This document shows, piece by piece, positions 30,411 to 43,700 of a stretch of 64,000 nucleotides of DNA. The translations under genes were made by a program, and so were the position numbers. The stretch comes from Eledone cirrhosa. Its lineage: Eukaryota. Below the pieces are notes generated by a model, which had not been told where the DNA came from, did not search any database, and saw nothing but the letters and a program-made list of their open reading frames with translations. Every line of letters starts with the position of its first letter. The first letter of the stretch is position 1. The stretch is taken from NCBI GenBank assembly GCA_964016885.1, contig OZ024750.1, positions 1,736,001 through 1,800,000 on the forward strand, written 5' to 3'.

Positions 30411-31229
30411 AATTGTAGAAATGTTTTATAAAGAAGTTCACCCTGACAATATACAATAACAGCGTTACTTAGAGAGATGCTAAATACGCATAGAGAACTT
30501 CGGGTTTCACTACTCTTTAGATATCATATAAATATATAAATTGATATATCTTAATGAAAGGACGAAAGTGTTAGATTTAAATGATAAACAATATAGTTTT
30601 AGCGTACGGCGTTGTTTGACTCAACAAGAGGTTTACGTAGGTGACGAGTTAATGATTTCACTTGTATTCCTATGTAAGTTTATCTTGGAATAAAATTGAA
30701 AACGTGAAGAATTTGAAATTTGAAATTTGAAATTGAGTGGCACTGCTTGTAGTGTTCAGCAATCTTTAGACAACTCAATCAGAGAAACAATTGTTAGACT
30801 GTAACTAAATCCCCTTTTTGTACTGGTGACCATGTTATTCTTCACTTTTTCAATTATATATATATATACATAAATATATGTATATGCATACATATATATA
30901 TGTGTGTGTGCGTGTGTGTGTAAAGTACTTGTATGGATGTTCCTGCCTGCTTTTGTATATGCGTGTGTTTTCGATTATAAGCCTATATGTAAGTGCAGAT
31001 GTGCGCGAGTATGAGTACATATGTACGTGTACATGTGTGTGTGTGTGTGTGCGTGTGTATATATGTGTATGTGTGTGTTCAGAAATAATTCAATATCTGC
31101 AGTTTGTAACAATCCCGTTGCCAGCCTACAAATTGTGTTTTCTTTTGTTGATAAGGAAAAAAAAAATAGTTATTGTCATAATGTCAATTATTTTTTTGTA
31201 TTAAAGTGTGGGGGAAGATGTAACAACAT

Positions 31230-31680
31230 TTATAACCACAGCAACCAATCACAACAGTCACAACAACAACAACAGTCACAACCACAACAACAGTCACAAC
31301 AACAACAACAGCAACCAATCACAACAGTCACAACAACAACAACAGTCACAACAACAACAACACCAACCAATCACAACAGTCACAACAACAACAGTCACAA
31401 CACCAACAACAGTCACAACCACAACAACAGTCACAACAACAACAACACCAACCAACAACAACAGTCACAACCACAACTGTCACAAAAAGTAGCAGTGAAT
31501 TCTATTAGTAAAGGAACTTCAACAACAACAACAACAAATACAGCAACAATAACAACAACAACAACAAATACAGCAGCAGCAACAACAACAACAACAACAA
31601 ATACAGCAACAACAATAACAACAACAACAACAACAAATACAGCAACAACAACAATAACAACAACTACAACAACAATAAGA
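31230..31680. repeat. (ACA)n-rich compound repeat
   Basis: acaacaacagtc and acaaatacagca units. Confidence 0.9.
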
Positions 31681-31769
31681 GAGGTAGAAGCAGTCACAGC
31701 AGCAGCAGCAGCAGCAGCAGCAGCCACCGCCGCAACAGTAGCAATACCAGTTGTTAATAAAGTCAGTAG

Positions 31770-32043
31770 CGGCAGCAGCAGCATCTGCAGCAGCCAGGAT
31801 AGCGGCAGCAGCAGCACCTGCAGCAGCCAGGATAGCAGCAGCAGCCAGGATAGCAGCAGCAGCATCATCTGTAGCAGTCAGGTTAGCAGCAGCAGCATCT
31901 GCAGCAGCCAGGATAGCAGCAGCAGCAGCATCTGCAGCAGCCAGGATAGCAGCAGCAGCATCTGCAGCAGCTACGTTAGCAGCAGCAGCAGAAGCATCTG
32001 TAGAAGCCAGGATAGCAGCAGCAGCATCTGCAGCAGCCAGGAT

Positions 32044-32074
<31 letters not shown>

Positions 32075-32797
32075 AGGTTAGCAGCAGCAGCATCTGCAGC
32101 AGCTACGTTAGCAGCAGCAGCAGCATCTGTAGCAGCCAGGATAGCAGCAGCAGCATCTGCAGCAGCCAGGATAGCAGCAGCAGCAGCAGCAGCCAGGTTA
32201 GCAGCAGCAGCATCTGCAGCAGCTACGTTAGCAGCAGCAGCAGCATCTGTAGCAGCCAGGATAGCAGCAGCAGCATCTGCAGCAGCCAGGATAGCAGCAG
32301 CAGCAGCAGCAGCCAGGTTAGCAGCAGCAGCATCTGCAGCAGCTACGTTAGCAGCAGCAGCAGCATCTGTAGCAGCCAGGATAGCAGCAGCAGCATCTGC
32401 AGCAGCCAGGATAGCAGCAGCAGCAGCAGCAGCCAGGTTAGCAGCAGCAGCATCTGCAGCAGCTACGTTAGCAGCAGCAGCAGCAGCAGCCAGGATAGCA
32501 GCAGCAGCAGCAGCAGCCAGGTTAGCAGCAGCAGCATCTGCAGCAGCTACGTTAGCAGCAGCAGCAGCAGCAGCTACGTTAGCAGCAGCAGCAGCATCTG
32601 TAGCAGCCAGGATAGCAGCAGCAGCATCTGCAGCAGCCAGGATAGCAGCAGCATCTGTAGCAGCCAGGATAGCAGCAGCAGCATCTGCAGCAGCCAGGAT
32701 AGCAGCAGCAGCAGCAGCAGCCAGGTTAGCAGCAGCAGCATCTGCAGCAGCCAGGATAGCAGCAGCAGCAGCAGCAGCCAGGTTAGCAGCAGCAGCG
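31770..32797. repeat. CAG-based compound minisatellite with 120-bp higher-order unit
   Basis: The 60-nt blocks at 32101, 32221 and 32341 are identical. It is built of (CAG)n punctuated by caggat, caggtt, tacgtt and atctgc. Confidence 0.9.
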
Positions 32798-32890
32798 GCA
32801 ACAAAGACATCTTCAAGAACAACAGTTTCAACAGCAAGTGACACCAATACCAACAACAATAACAATATCTACTACAATAATAATAGGGCC

Positions 32891-32926
<36 letters not shown>

Positions 32927-32984
32927 TTACTGTAGAAGTAGCACTGAATATTCTCACAAGGACAATTACTTCAACAATTGGCTA

Positions 32985-33057
32985 CATCATCATCGCCATC
33001 ATCATCGCCATCATCGCCATCATCATCATCGCCATCATCATCGCCATCATCATCGCC

Positions 33058-33088
<31 letters not shown>

Positions 33089-33300
33089 TCGCCATCATCA
33101 TCATCGTCATCATCACCATCATCATCATCGTCATCATCGCCATCATCATCATCGTCATCATCATCGCCATCACTATCATCATCATCCCCATCATCACCAT
33201 CATCACCATCACCACCATCATCATCATCACCATCACCATCACCACCATCATCTTAATCATCATCACCATCATCATCATCATCATCACCGTCGTCGCCATT
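32985..33300. repeat. (CAT/CGC/CAC)n triplet repeat
   Basis: Direct reading. Confidence 0.9.
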
Positions 33301-33473
33301 ATCCCCGTCAACAACAACAGGTTGTATTATAAACAATGACAGCTACAGCTGCAATAGACGACTAACAATTTCTTCCAATTTAGGCAGAAGACATTCAATT
33401 TATGGAGAAAATAAAGTCAATTATATCGACCGGAGCAGGACTTGACTGGTATTTTGTTGACCTTGTAAAGATC

Positions 33474-34517
33474 ACAGTGAAAGTTGACCTCTGTGGTGTT
33501 TCAGGAATATTTGACAGTGAAAGTTGACCTCTGTGGGGTTTCAGGAATATTTGACAGTGAAAGTTGACCTCTGTGGGGTTTCAGGAATATTTGACAGTGA
33601 AAGTTGACCTCTGTGGTGTTTCAGGAATATTTGACAGTGAAAGTTGACCTCTGTGGTGTTTCAGGAATATTTGATAGTGAAAGTTGACCTCTGTGGGGTT
33701 TCAGGAATATTTGACAGTGAAAGTTGACCTCAGCGGGGTTTCAGGAATATTTGAAAGTGAAAGTTGACCCCAGCGGGGTTTCAGGAACATTTGACAGTGA
33801 AAGTTGACCTCAGCGGGGTTTCAGGAATATTTAACAGTGAAAGTTGACCTCTGTGGGGTTTCAGGAATATTTGACAGTGAAAGTTGACCTCAGCCGGGTT
33901 TCAGGAATATTTGACAGTGAAAGTTGACCTCGGCGGGGTTTCAGGAATATTTAACAGTGAAAGTTGACCTCTGTGGAGTTTCAGGAATATTTGACAGTGA
34001 AAGTTGACCTCAGCCGGGTTTCAGGAATATTGGACAGTGAAAGTTGACCTCAGCGGGGTTTCAGGAATATTTGACAGTGAAAGTTGACCTCAGCCGGGTT
34101 TCAGGAATATTGGACAGTGAAAGTTGACCTCAGCGGGGTTTCAGGAATATTTGACAGTGAAAGTTGACCTCAGCCGGGTTTCAGGAATATTTGACAGTGA
34201 AAGTTGACCTCAGCCGGGTTTCAGGAATATTGGACAGTGAAAGTTGACCTCAGCGGGGTTTCAGGAATATTTGACAGTGAAAGTTGACCTCAGCCGGGTT
34301 TCAGGAATATTTGACAGTGAAAGTTGACCTCAGCGGGGTTTCAGGAATATTTGACAGTGAAAGTTGACCTCAGCCGGGTTTCAGGAATATTGGACAGTGA
34401 AAGTTGACCTCAGCGGGGTTTCAGGAATATTTGACAGTGAAAGTTGACCTCAGCCGGGTTTCAGGAATATTGGACAGTGAAAGTTGACCTCAGCGGGGTT
34501 TCAGGAATATTTGACAG
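33474..34517. repeat. 40-bp minisatellite, 26 copies, SINE-derived
   Basis: Unit acagtgaaagttgacctc(tgtgg/agcgg/agccg)ggtttcaggaatatttg, embedded in a decayed SINE spanning about 33368-34550. Confidence 0.95.
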
Positions 34518-34561
34518 GGCCGCTAAAGATTCTACCAATCAACTGACCTAACAATGACTCT

Positions 34562-34751
34562 AATAATGGTTTCTACTTTTAACACAAGGCCAGCAATTAT
34601 CCCAGTGTATTACTGGTACTTTATTTTATCGACCCCGTTAGGATGAAAGGCAAAGTTAACCTCGTCGTGATTTGAACTCAGACTGACAAGGGCCGTAACT
34701 CTATGCGTCAAAGCATGGCGTCCGACACTCTACCGATACTGCCAAACCACC
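34562..34751 (-). mobile_element. tRNA-derived SINE, young subfamily
   Basis: Near-identical to the 23653 and 50241 copies. Confidence 0.85.
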
Positions 34752-35509
34752 AAACACGCCCGGGCAGTGTACAAATGCGTGCGCGACGGTTTCCTCGTCG
34801 CGTACGCATCTCGGACAGATCTTTTTCGAAGGGTCCAAGTAAATAGATAGATTCCTAAACATGCCCTGAGTGACCTCTCCTTTTGGGGAACTCTTATATA
34901 TTTATTGTTAACTATTACATGTTCTTTTATTTTATTTTTTTCCGCGTTTTTTTTTATGTATATCCCCTCAGTCCCTTTTAAATATAGTTCCCGTCATATT
35001 TCGGCGGCCCTAGTGGCCAATACAGAAAGAATTGTTATCGGATTGGCAGAATACATTTAGCAGCAGATTTCATTACTTAAATTACTTACTGCGGCTCTTT
35101 ACATTCAAATGTTCAAATGTCATGAGGACAAATGTACTTTTCATTCGTCTGGAATCGATAAAAAAAGATACCAATATAATGAAGTACCCCTCCCCTCCGC
35201 ATCAAATATCTGGCCTTGTGCCCCAGGGAGGGGAGAAATCATTAGTATTTATGATAATAATCTTTTCTTGTGTAATAATAATAAAGATCCTAATAATAAT
35301 AATAATGGTAATAATAACAATAAAAGGAATAGTTTTAGTGTAAAACTTCATTACCAGTAACGATACTACACTGTGTGTGTCTGTCTGTATGTATATATAT
35401 ATATGTGTGTGGGTGTGTATGTGTGGGTGTATAGGAAGGGGTAAGAGTGTGTGTGTGAAAGAGAGGGGGAGAGGGATACATATATACATATACAAACAAA
35501 CACACACAC

Positions 35510-35549
<40 letters not shown>

Positions 35550-35552
<3 letters not shown>

Positions 35553-35700
35553 GGAAAATTTGAACAGGAACAAAACAGAGAGGTAGTACAACGAATGTTT
35601 ATTAATTTCACGCTCTGGAGAGTGGGGTGGTGGTGGGGAACGACGTTTCGGGCATAAGCCTTTCCTCAGGTGAGAAGTGTGTGGGAACAGAGTTCAAAGG
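35550..35700 (-). mobile_element. Penelope-like pseudo-LTR end with minimal hammerhead motif
   Basis: Minus strand reads CTGAGGA-AAGGCTTATGCCC-GAAA-CGTC (palindromic ACGT stem III), then AATAAAC about 40 nt downstream, and ends in (TA)n. The 3' part recurs at 16074-16139. Confidence 0.6.
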
Positions 35701-36754
35701 GTGTTTAGGGGAGTGGTGGCGAGACATATAGCGAAAGGAAACGGTGCGAAGGAAATTAAAAATAAAAATAAAAATAAAGCATGATCAAAATAAAAAGAAA
35801 TGAAATGAAAATAAATATAAAAGCATGATCAAAATAAACTGAAATTAAAAAGGGGTAAAACAGGTGGTGGAAGGGTGTGGGGTGTGTAGGGGTGGTGGCG
35901 GGTAGAGTGGGGAGAGGGAGATGGGGTGTCCGAGCGGGGAGGGCTGGAGGTGGTGTGTGTGTGTAGGTGTACGTGTGTGTGTGTGTGTGTGTGTGTATGT
36001 GAAAGCAAGGGTTGGGGGAAGAACGGGGTTGCATGTTCAGGAAGAGGTGTGGGGGGGGGGGGTCAGAGTGTCTGTGCGTGTGTGGATAGAGGGGTGGGGG
36101 GAGAGGAATCAGGAGGCTGAGGGAGTAAATATGTGGTGGAAAGCACGTGTGTGTGGGGTTTAAGCGTGTTGTGGGTGTAGGTGGCGTGTGGGAGAAAAGC
36201 ATTTTTGGGGGTGTGTGTGTGGGTGAGTTATATAGGTGATTCCGTAAGAGGATGGTTGAAATGTTGGTAAATTCCTATGATGTTAGTAGATTCCACGGTG
36301 GTCATATATATATATATATATACCCATATATACAAATACGTATACATAAGCAATTCTAGAGAAATGACGTATTTGAAGAGAGTATAATACAGGAATCGGT
36401 TGTTCAGTGTGCAACGATTTCGCATTGTGATTTACTTTGGTCTTCTGGTTAATAATGGGTAGATCAGAACTTTGGTGCCCGAGCAGGTGATGGTAGGAGG
36501 GAGAGATGTGAGTGAGGAAGGAACAGAGAGAAGAAAAACAAGGAATAAAATATAGAGAAAATATATAAATATATGTTGATCATTAGCCAGCAATAGGAAC
36601 GAGAAGAAAGCAAGTGTTTATTGGCGTTCTTCACAACATAAGTTACTTGGTCGACACAATGAATAAATGGAAGCATATGACTGAGTATTGAGACATAATT
36701 TACTTATGATCAACTCTAAAGAAGATATATATATATATATATATATAGGAACAA

Positions 36755-36819
36755 TACTACCCTAAGTATTGAGTACTTTGGTGCGTTATGGTCCATCTGG
36801 TTCCTTACCACATTTCTTC

Positions 36820-36822
<3 letters not shown>
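36755..36822 (+). mobile_element. Family A 3' end, 5'-truncated, in (TA)n
   Basis: tactaccctaagtattgagtactttggtgcgttatggtccatctggttccttaccacatttcttcgtt is nearly identical to 25412-25479. Confidence 0.75.
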
Positions 36823-36887
<65 letters not shown>

Positions 36888-36922
36888 AGAGTATTGAAGC
36901 TTCCAAACGACTTAAAGATATT

Positions 36923-36955
<33 letters not shown>

Positions 36956-36978
36956 GTGTATATCTATAAATATCTATC

Positions 36979-37032
<54 letters not shown>

Positions 37033-37198
37033 GGTGAAAGGTCAAGGATATATTATAGATTCGGATATAGATAAAATATAATATAGGATACATACATATA
37101 AATACATATGTATGTATACACACACACATATATATTTTTTCATTCTACTGTGTCGTTTTCTGTTATTTCTGTTTGTCTTTTGCATACATATATACATA

Positions 37199-37259
<61 letters not shown>

Positions 37260-37401
37260 AAGCCAAATTTTAAACATTTGACTTATTTATTTTATTTTAT
37301 TTTACATTACTCTGGAGTAACCAAACCAACCTGCGCACTTCGTCGAGTGCTCCAATCTGCATACTTAGGTGTTGGTATACAACCAAGATATACTCAAAAT
37401 T

Positions 37402-37491
<90 letters not shown>

Positions 37492-37566
37492 TAATTGTTT
37501 CTACATTTAGCACAAGGCCGGCAATTTCCCAGTACATTACTGGTACTTTATTTTATCGACCCCGTG
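37492..37566 (-). mobile_element. 5'-truncated SINE
   Basis: taattgtttctacatttagcacaaggccggcaatttcccagtacattactggtactttattttatcgacccc. Confidence 0.75.
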
Positions 37567-37798
37567 GTAAACATACTTTTGTTCCGAGTTGTTGTCTCAT
37601 CACGTGCTGAACAACTCTGGGTGTTTCGGCCTTTTTTAACGTGACATCAGAGCTATTCGGGGCCACCTACTGTTGTAGGCCATGGGGTGGCAACATCAGG
37701 GCTATTCGGGGTCACCCACTGGTGTAGGCAATGGAGTGTCTTCCCAATAGTACAATATTCGGTGAATCTCAGTGTCTCCGTCAAATTCAACGCGACAG

Positions 37799-37894
<96 letters not shown>

Positions 37895-38028
37895 TAGTAT
37901 TCCCCAGAATCTATCTTTGACTTGTTTTAATTTTTGTTGTTCAATACATATGTGTATATATATATATATATAGTGGTGCTAAGAGAACTCCGGCAGATAA
38001 ACCATGTAGGCGGAAGATGTTGCGTTTG

Positions 38029-38109
<81 letters not shown>

Positions 38110-38427
38110 TAGTGCGCTATCCATGGATTGAGATCTATGTATTATATAGTAATATCTTTAATATCTCATTGATAGATATATTAATACACATCATATATCT
38201 ATATATATATTGATATAGATATAGAGGAAGTAAGAAAGAATGAGAAATGCGGGGGGGGGGGGTTAGAGGATAACTTTGATGTCAGGGGCTAGAATTTTTC
38301 AAAAGTATGAATACCTTTGAACAGTTATACGCTCAAACTTCCATATATAAATGTTAGTCTTTGTGTTGGTGTACGTGAGCAATCAGCACGTGCATATGTA
38401 GTTTGGTGTGTGTGTGTGCATATGTGC

Positions 38428-38495
<68 letters not shown>

Positions 38496-38621
38496 ATATA
38501 CGTAGTTTGGTGTGTGTCTGTGACTATATATGTGCTGCAAATAAAATCATATTTTGGGATTGTGGATGTGACGAGTGTATATATTGTCTTCTTTCTCTCT
38601 CTCTCTCTCTCTCTCTCTTTC

Positions 38622-38656
<35 letters not shown>

Positions 38657-38806
38657 GGAGAGAGGGAGAGAGACAGCGAGAGAGAGAAGGAGAGAAAGAG
38701 TGATATGAAAGCTCAAGGAAAACAGTACTCAATCTGTTGCGAGAGAACTTATTTAGTACAAACAAAGTTAAGTGTATGAAACTCTGTTTATACTATATAT
38801 ATATAT

Positions 38807-38884
<78 letters not shown>

Positions 38885-39214
38885 TTGCTCTAGCATCTAT
38901 GCTTGTCCATTCCTAATCAGCGTCTCAGTCCTCTGGAATCCCCTGCTTCCAAAGGTAAACACCTGCAACAGTTTAGTGATAAACTTTAGACCGAAAATCA
39001 ATCTCCTTAATACCTCCAGCCATGACCATCAACACTGCCCAGAAGAACCATTTAAAATAAAAACCCAAAGAACGGAAATTCAATTCGGTTTACCCGTATA
39101 TTTCATTTACAATTATTTCCATACGTTTTGTCGTATCGAAAACAGCTCATAGTATCGAACAGTCTTCGCGAACCATCTAACTTTGGTCTATTTGGCGTCT
39201 TGGTAGTCCTCGTC

Positions 39215-39438
39215 AATAATGGTTTCCTATACAGGCACAAGGCCAGCAATTTGGGGGGAGGGGGGAAAGTCGATTAAATCGAACCCAGTGCGTGACTGGT
39301 ACTTTATTTTATCGACTCCGTAAGGATGAAAGGAAAAGTTAACCTCAGCGCGATTTGAATTCAGATCATAAAGAGCCGTAACTCTATGCCGCAAAGCATG
39401 TTGTTCGACACTCTACCGATACTACCAATCCACCGCCC
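39215..39438 (-). mobile_element. tRNA-derived SINE, long subfamily
   Basis: Same head and core, plus a ~30-bp segment (tggggggagggggaaagtcgattaaatcga) absent from the short subfamily. Confidence 0.85.
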
Positions 39439-39789
39439 TAAGCCTCGCTAACAATAAGACGTGTTGGAACAATTATTTGTTGCGAAGAATGGAAACAGTA
39501 AAATGGCGGGAAGATGATTGTAGTATTTTCATTTTTGACCACTTCACGGAATGCAGCGATTCTAAGACAAACAAATGACAACCAGTTCTGATGGGAGCAG
39601 GAATGGCAGCAGTTGACTGAGATAAGCTTGTTATATGAAAATGTGTAAACAGGAGTCAAAATGTAAACAGAAGTTGCCAGCAACGAAAGACTTGTCCTGA
39701 TATTTCGTTAAAGGAATATAGCAAATGTTGGTCACATTTTTAGTGTATAGACATATTTGTTTGTATTTGAATATGTTTCGTTTACTAAA

Positions 39790-40058
39790 CATATCCTTAA
39801 CCCAATTGGCAGGAGACCCAGTGGTAGACCCCGAGCAAGATGGTAGGATAACACCCATGAGCTCGGCTGGACCCGTTGGAAGGAATGTTTGGGGACTCTA
39901 CTCACAACGACCCTCTCAGGAATAGTGTGGTCGTAGTAGTAGAAGAAGAAGAAGAAGAAGAAGAAGAAGAAGAAGAAGAAGAAGAAGAAGAAGAAGAAGA
40001 AGAAGAAGAAGAAGAAGAAGAAGAAGAAGAAGAAGAAGAAGAAGAAGAAGAAGAAGAA
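39790..40058 (+). mobile_element. RTE-type LINE 3' end with (GTA)(GAA)n tail
   Basis: Translates PIGRRPSGRPRARW*DNTHELGW...SQRP, resembling the RTE/Expander C-terminus (PTGRRPRGRPRTRW.D...LAW...PPRP), followed directly by a simple-repeat tail. Confidence 0.65.
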
Positions 40059-43000
40059 ATATATCATAAATTAAAAGACAAAGACAGTTAAACGACAAAA
40101 ATAATTAAATGATAAATATAAATTAATTAATGGATAAAAAATCCATAAAACAATTAAAATGAACGGATGACATCTAAAAAAGATTATATATAAAAGCCAA
40201 TGAGATTGATACTATATATATATCTCAATGTCTTTTATATATCATCTCATGCTTCTAACATCATTCAGTGAATCTCAATGTTATCAGTGTTTGAAGTCTA
40301 TTAGTGTACTGAGGTAACTGTAGATTATTAGACTTAGAATTGGTGACCGAGGACAAACGGACTTTATGATTAGTCAATCGTGCAATTAACTGAGAAATGA
40401 AATTAAACAAATACTTAAATATATAAAGGTGAGAGAAAAATGTATCAAAATGTATTATGACTAATATCCACTAGGTGTGTGGGTGTTTCTACATACGTGT
40501 GTGTTTCTGCGTGTGTATGTATGTGTGTGTTTCTGTATGTATGTGTGTGTCTGTTTCTGTGTGTGTGTGTGCGTGTGTCTGTGCAATAGATAACAAATAT
40601 CTTTTAGCTAGTTTAGAGCGTTTGATATTAATTCGGAGCTTCTGTGTTTTGAATTCAAATCTCACCGAGATTCACTTCGCCTATCTTGGTTTCTGGGTCG
40701 ATAAAGTAAGTACCATCCCAGTGCTGACACAGATCACTCTTGTTCCTGGATCTTGAGGCAGTTATACGCCCTGCAGATATAGGAGTACTGGCCCAGTTTT
40801 ATTTGTTGTTATAGTATTGTTATTGTTGTGATTCTAAAGGTAGCCTTAGTTATTGCTTTGTTATTCCTTGATTAATATGTCATAATTACTTATTTACCTG
40901 TAATTTCCTGAAGAGTACAGACTGTACAAAAGTAACCTAGTACCTGTAATTATGTTTGAGTTATTTTCAGTAACTATATAAGGATTATTGAAGTAAGATG
41001 ACATTTGATAACTAATTCAGATGTGATTGATGTTGATCAATATATCAGTTCACGAGATAACATTATTTAAGGCGATAGAAAATGAGAAATATCGAATGAG
41101 ATGGGCAAAATAATTTGAAATAACCAAGATAAGTTTAGTGTTGTAGAAGAAAAATAACATAATATATCAAATAATGTGATGTGTAAGTAACTTTTGCTGA
41201 CATAAGATAAATCAATCTTAATAGATATGCTTGAAAACGATTGAATATGGATAAAATATAATTATGTGTGGTAGGGGGAAATACCTTAAATTTTCGATAA
41301 GATGAAATTATGTTTTAGATCAGTGAAAACTGATAAGTATATTTGCATTTAATATGTTCTATTCCATAAGTCTTTAACTATTCAGATACTTTTTTATCAG
41401 AACGATAGTATTGTCTCTCGTTCATCATTATTTTTGATGGACTCTGCTCCGCAGAACCTGCCTACAACATCGTATTTACAATTTAATGCAACCTTTACAT
41501 ATATTTCTCCACAAATAACGAACCCAGATATTATATATTCTAACAATTGATTTTCTATGAGAGTTTGTTTACTGCATGTCTTTTCAATACACAAACTACC
41601 ATCATTAAATCGTTCTCTTGAATTACAGCAATCCCACATATCTCCTTCACAATTGTTATTCCCGACGAAGCCCAAACCTCGTGGATCCTCACCCACATTG
41701 TCAGACGTTAACATACAAACAAACAATAGTAGATGAACAGAAATATAATTATGTGAGAGGGATAGATATACAAGCATGAAATGTATCCACACATATCAAA
41801 TGGATACACATCAAAGAGATGGAGAAATGTCAAATCGATACATTTATGTCAACTGAATACAAAAATATTGATTACTTTCTTAAACATTAGTCTCCTCAAC
41901 AGAAGAAGATGGAATATAATCTATTCATAAAACCTCGCTATATTACAGATATTTATTTTGCCAGCTACGGGAAATTACAAGACAAAGTGTCTTTCAGTGT
42001 GACATGAACAAAAACAAGTGAAATACTCAATTAAATATGATGAAGTATCTCGTTTCGTCACCTACTTATTTCAGATCCTATTTAATATATATGAAAACAA
42101 AGTGATACATCAAATAGACACATTGATATCTAATGTATAAACAAGTATAAAATAAATGCACAGATAGCTAAATGTTGAATATGATTTGGATTCACAAGAG
42201 AAATATTCATATATAAAGTATTCTCTAAAGATATATATCATTATATTATAAATTAATTACTATTTCCTCCAGCGCAAATCATTGTAAATGTTGAAAGTTG
42301 ATAGAACGAAGAAAATATATACAACTCTATGAAGGAAGGTAAAATAATGAAGTTGTATAAATTCGAATCCTAACGGTATTCATGTGTGGATGAAAGTAAA
42401 ACACGATGCAAAGGGTAAGGGAAATTAGAAAACGTGGAATGAATAGATAGGTAGAAGGAGCCATAACATATATAACGTAGTTTTGTAATATTTTACTGAA
42501 AAGTGGCAGAATTGCACACAAAAGACCGTAATAATATGAATACATTAAATAAACATTACTTACTATCCTATAAATCATATGTTCGGTAAATATTTCTACA
42601 GCATGAAGTAGACATGGGGCAAGTGAATATCGCAGAACTGTTTAAAATGGTGATTGTTAATTATGTACACCCCCTTTCAATCTCACAGAAACTATGCACG
42701 TTTTATTATGAAATGTGATAAGTCAAAAATAAATCAAACATTCTTACGACAGCAGCAAAACGCTTCTAAAAAGACGAGTTATATTTTTCATAGCTAACAT
42801 TTACTACGTTTAAAATGGACATATGTTAATTCTGTAAGTAGAAGGAATATATGTACACGCATATCTCTATATGAACAACTCATTAAAGAATTTGATGCAT
42901 CTCGCATAAAAAATACCTTTTTTCCTAGATATAAAATCTTGCCTAGGGAGACTGACAGAAGTTGTTGTTTTTTTTTTTTTCTTTCAGAGAAACTTATAAT

Positions 43001-43451
43001 GTAAATAGGTTTCCTGAAGCAATATATTATATTTTAGTAAGAAATTTTCAATCAAAGCAGACGAAAATATATTCTTAAAAGAATTAAGAAGAAGCCTAAG
43101 AGGCTTCGAAATTGAAATATGAAAAAATGGGAATATTGAGAACAGAAATAATCCTCCTAATAGTGGACATGTTTCTCTAGTGAAATAAAATTATATAAAG
43201 TGACAAGACATCGTAACTGTTTCAAGAAGACATACAATAATAGTCTCCTTGAATAGTTGTGAACTGGTGTCAGCTGCAGAGTATTGAACTGTGTCCCAGG
43301 GAGTACAGTAACTACTTACTCATTTATTCATCTCGACCTGTGAAAGTTACCAGTCAAATCCCCTCCACCTAACTGAAACATTTAAGCGAAAAAAGGTCTA
43401 TTCTAAATTCGATTATCTGTGATGAGGTGTAATAGCAAAAACGTAGTTATT

Positions 43452-43562
<111 letters not shown>

Positions 43563-43619
43563 TGTTTGCTACTAAAAATAACTACGTTTTTGCTATTACA
43601 CCTCATCTTTTTTGCTATT

Positions 43620-43700
<81 letters not shown>

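Noticed and set aside
33474-34517. CRISPR array
   Set aside because: Head-to-tail 40-bp units with only a few recurring variants, no unique spacers, no cas genes, and a eukaryotic SINE origin.
34775-34850. HDV-like ribozyme suggested by the TCCTCG motif
   Set aside because: P3, P1 and P2 pairings could not be built around the motif.
35870-36110. G-quadruplex-like G-runs as a dedicated element
   Set aside because: Low-complexity G/T-rich tract, probably part of the adjacent repeat; no independent evidence of function.
39508-39522. YY1-like AAAATGGCGG promoter motif
   Set aside because: A single short motif with no supporting gene start or CpG island.
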